NCBI RefSeq assembly: GCF_006345805.1
Contig: NC_043001.1
Location: 64,046,001 to 64,110,000, forward strand
Reading direction: 5' to 3'
Source of the DNA: Octopus sinensis
Taxonomy: Eukaryota
Length of the DNA stretch: 64,000 bases
Shown here: positions 63,201-64,000 of the stretch, piece by piece
Position numbering within the stretch: the first letter of the stretch is position 1
How the letters are laid out: every line of letters starts with the position of its first letter
Program-made: the position numbers and the translations under genes
The notes under the pieces: generated by a model
Databases searched by the model: none
The model's input: the letters and a program-made list of their open reading frames with translations, nothing else
Told to the model about the DNA's origin: nothing

Positions 63201-63651
63201 TTGCGTTAAACTCCATTTATATATTTATATATTATACAAAAAAACCCCCGAAGTTTCTACCTTTAAAACAAGGAGTTACCACCTCTTTACTTGTGTGATT
63301 TTTTGCTACCCTGGTAACTATTTATCTATTTTTTTCCGTGTTAATTGTTAACAAAGGAAAAATACACTCATCTATTTCTATATCTATATCTATATATATA
63401 TATGAATTTATCTGTAATATACTATGTGACAATTATTCGGTTGCCATAATAAAACTCCAAATTATCCGGTCATATATGGTCCTTAAAAGATATAGGTATC
63501 AGTTACATCATCCACTGGAAGCCTTACACCAACAGCAGTGGAAAGTGTGGTCTTTGTAATATGAAAAGATGGCTCATCTGGAAAAGCAGCTTGGACCCCG
63601 CTACATGTCTAAATTCAAGAACTGAACTTTTCATATTATACTTTTTATATA

Positions 63652-64000
63652 CTCTTTTACTCTTTACTCTTTTACTTGTTTCAGTCATTTGACTGCGGCC
63701 ATGCTGGAGCACCGCCTTTAGTCGAGCAAATCGACCCCGAGACTTATTCTTTGTAAGCCCAGTACTTATTCTATCGGTCTCTTTTGCCGAACCGCTAAGT
63801 GACGGGGACGTAAACACACCGGCATCGGTTGTCAAGCAATGCTAGGGGGACAAACACAGACACACAAACACACACATACATATATATATTTATATATATA
63901 TATATATACATATATACGACAGGCTTCTTTCAGTTTCCGTCTACCAAATCCACTCACAAGGCATTGGTCGGCCCGGGGCTATAGCAGAAGACACTTGCCC
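63652..64000 (-). mobile_element. SINE family 1; runs off the window end
   Basis: Near-identical reverse complement of 1880-2220. Confidence 0.88.

Overview
No host protein-coding gene, rRNA, tRNA gene or CRISPR array can be supported in this window. It is eukaryotic, AT-rich DNA made almost entirely of decayed and nested transposable elements; the SINE families and (TA)n/(CA)n/(ATC)n microsatellites look like an octopus genome (taxon inferred from recalled repeat patterns, not from a search). Retroelements: four Ty3/Gypsy LTR elements (one Mag-like with a tRNA-Leu PBS, two CsRn1-like with tRNA-Trp PBS and CHCC gag, one two-CCHC element lacking integrase), a solo-LTR family in four length variants, four L1/Tx1-like LINE remnants, two CR1-like and two R4/Dong-like LINE remnants, Penelope-like fragments (including Naiad-like) and three tRNA-derived SINE families. 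DNA transposons: Helitrons (one carrying an OTU protease domain), hAT, piggyBac-like, Mutator and mariner remnants. The most notable structures are (1) a fully foldable type I hammerhead ribozyme with an unusually long stem II at 63094-63181 and a decayed minimal one at 18347-18385; (2) a four-level nest at 25.2-36.1 kb with target-site duplications and an empty-site copy in the same window; (3) an array of four hairpins with a compensatory base-pair change in a Gypsy LTR; (4) several fold-back structures, including a ~490 bp hairpin at a Naiad-like ORF start and a perfect 162 bp palindrome. All family assignments come from motif recognition by eye. Boundaries without a TSD or terminal motif are approximate.
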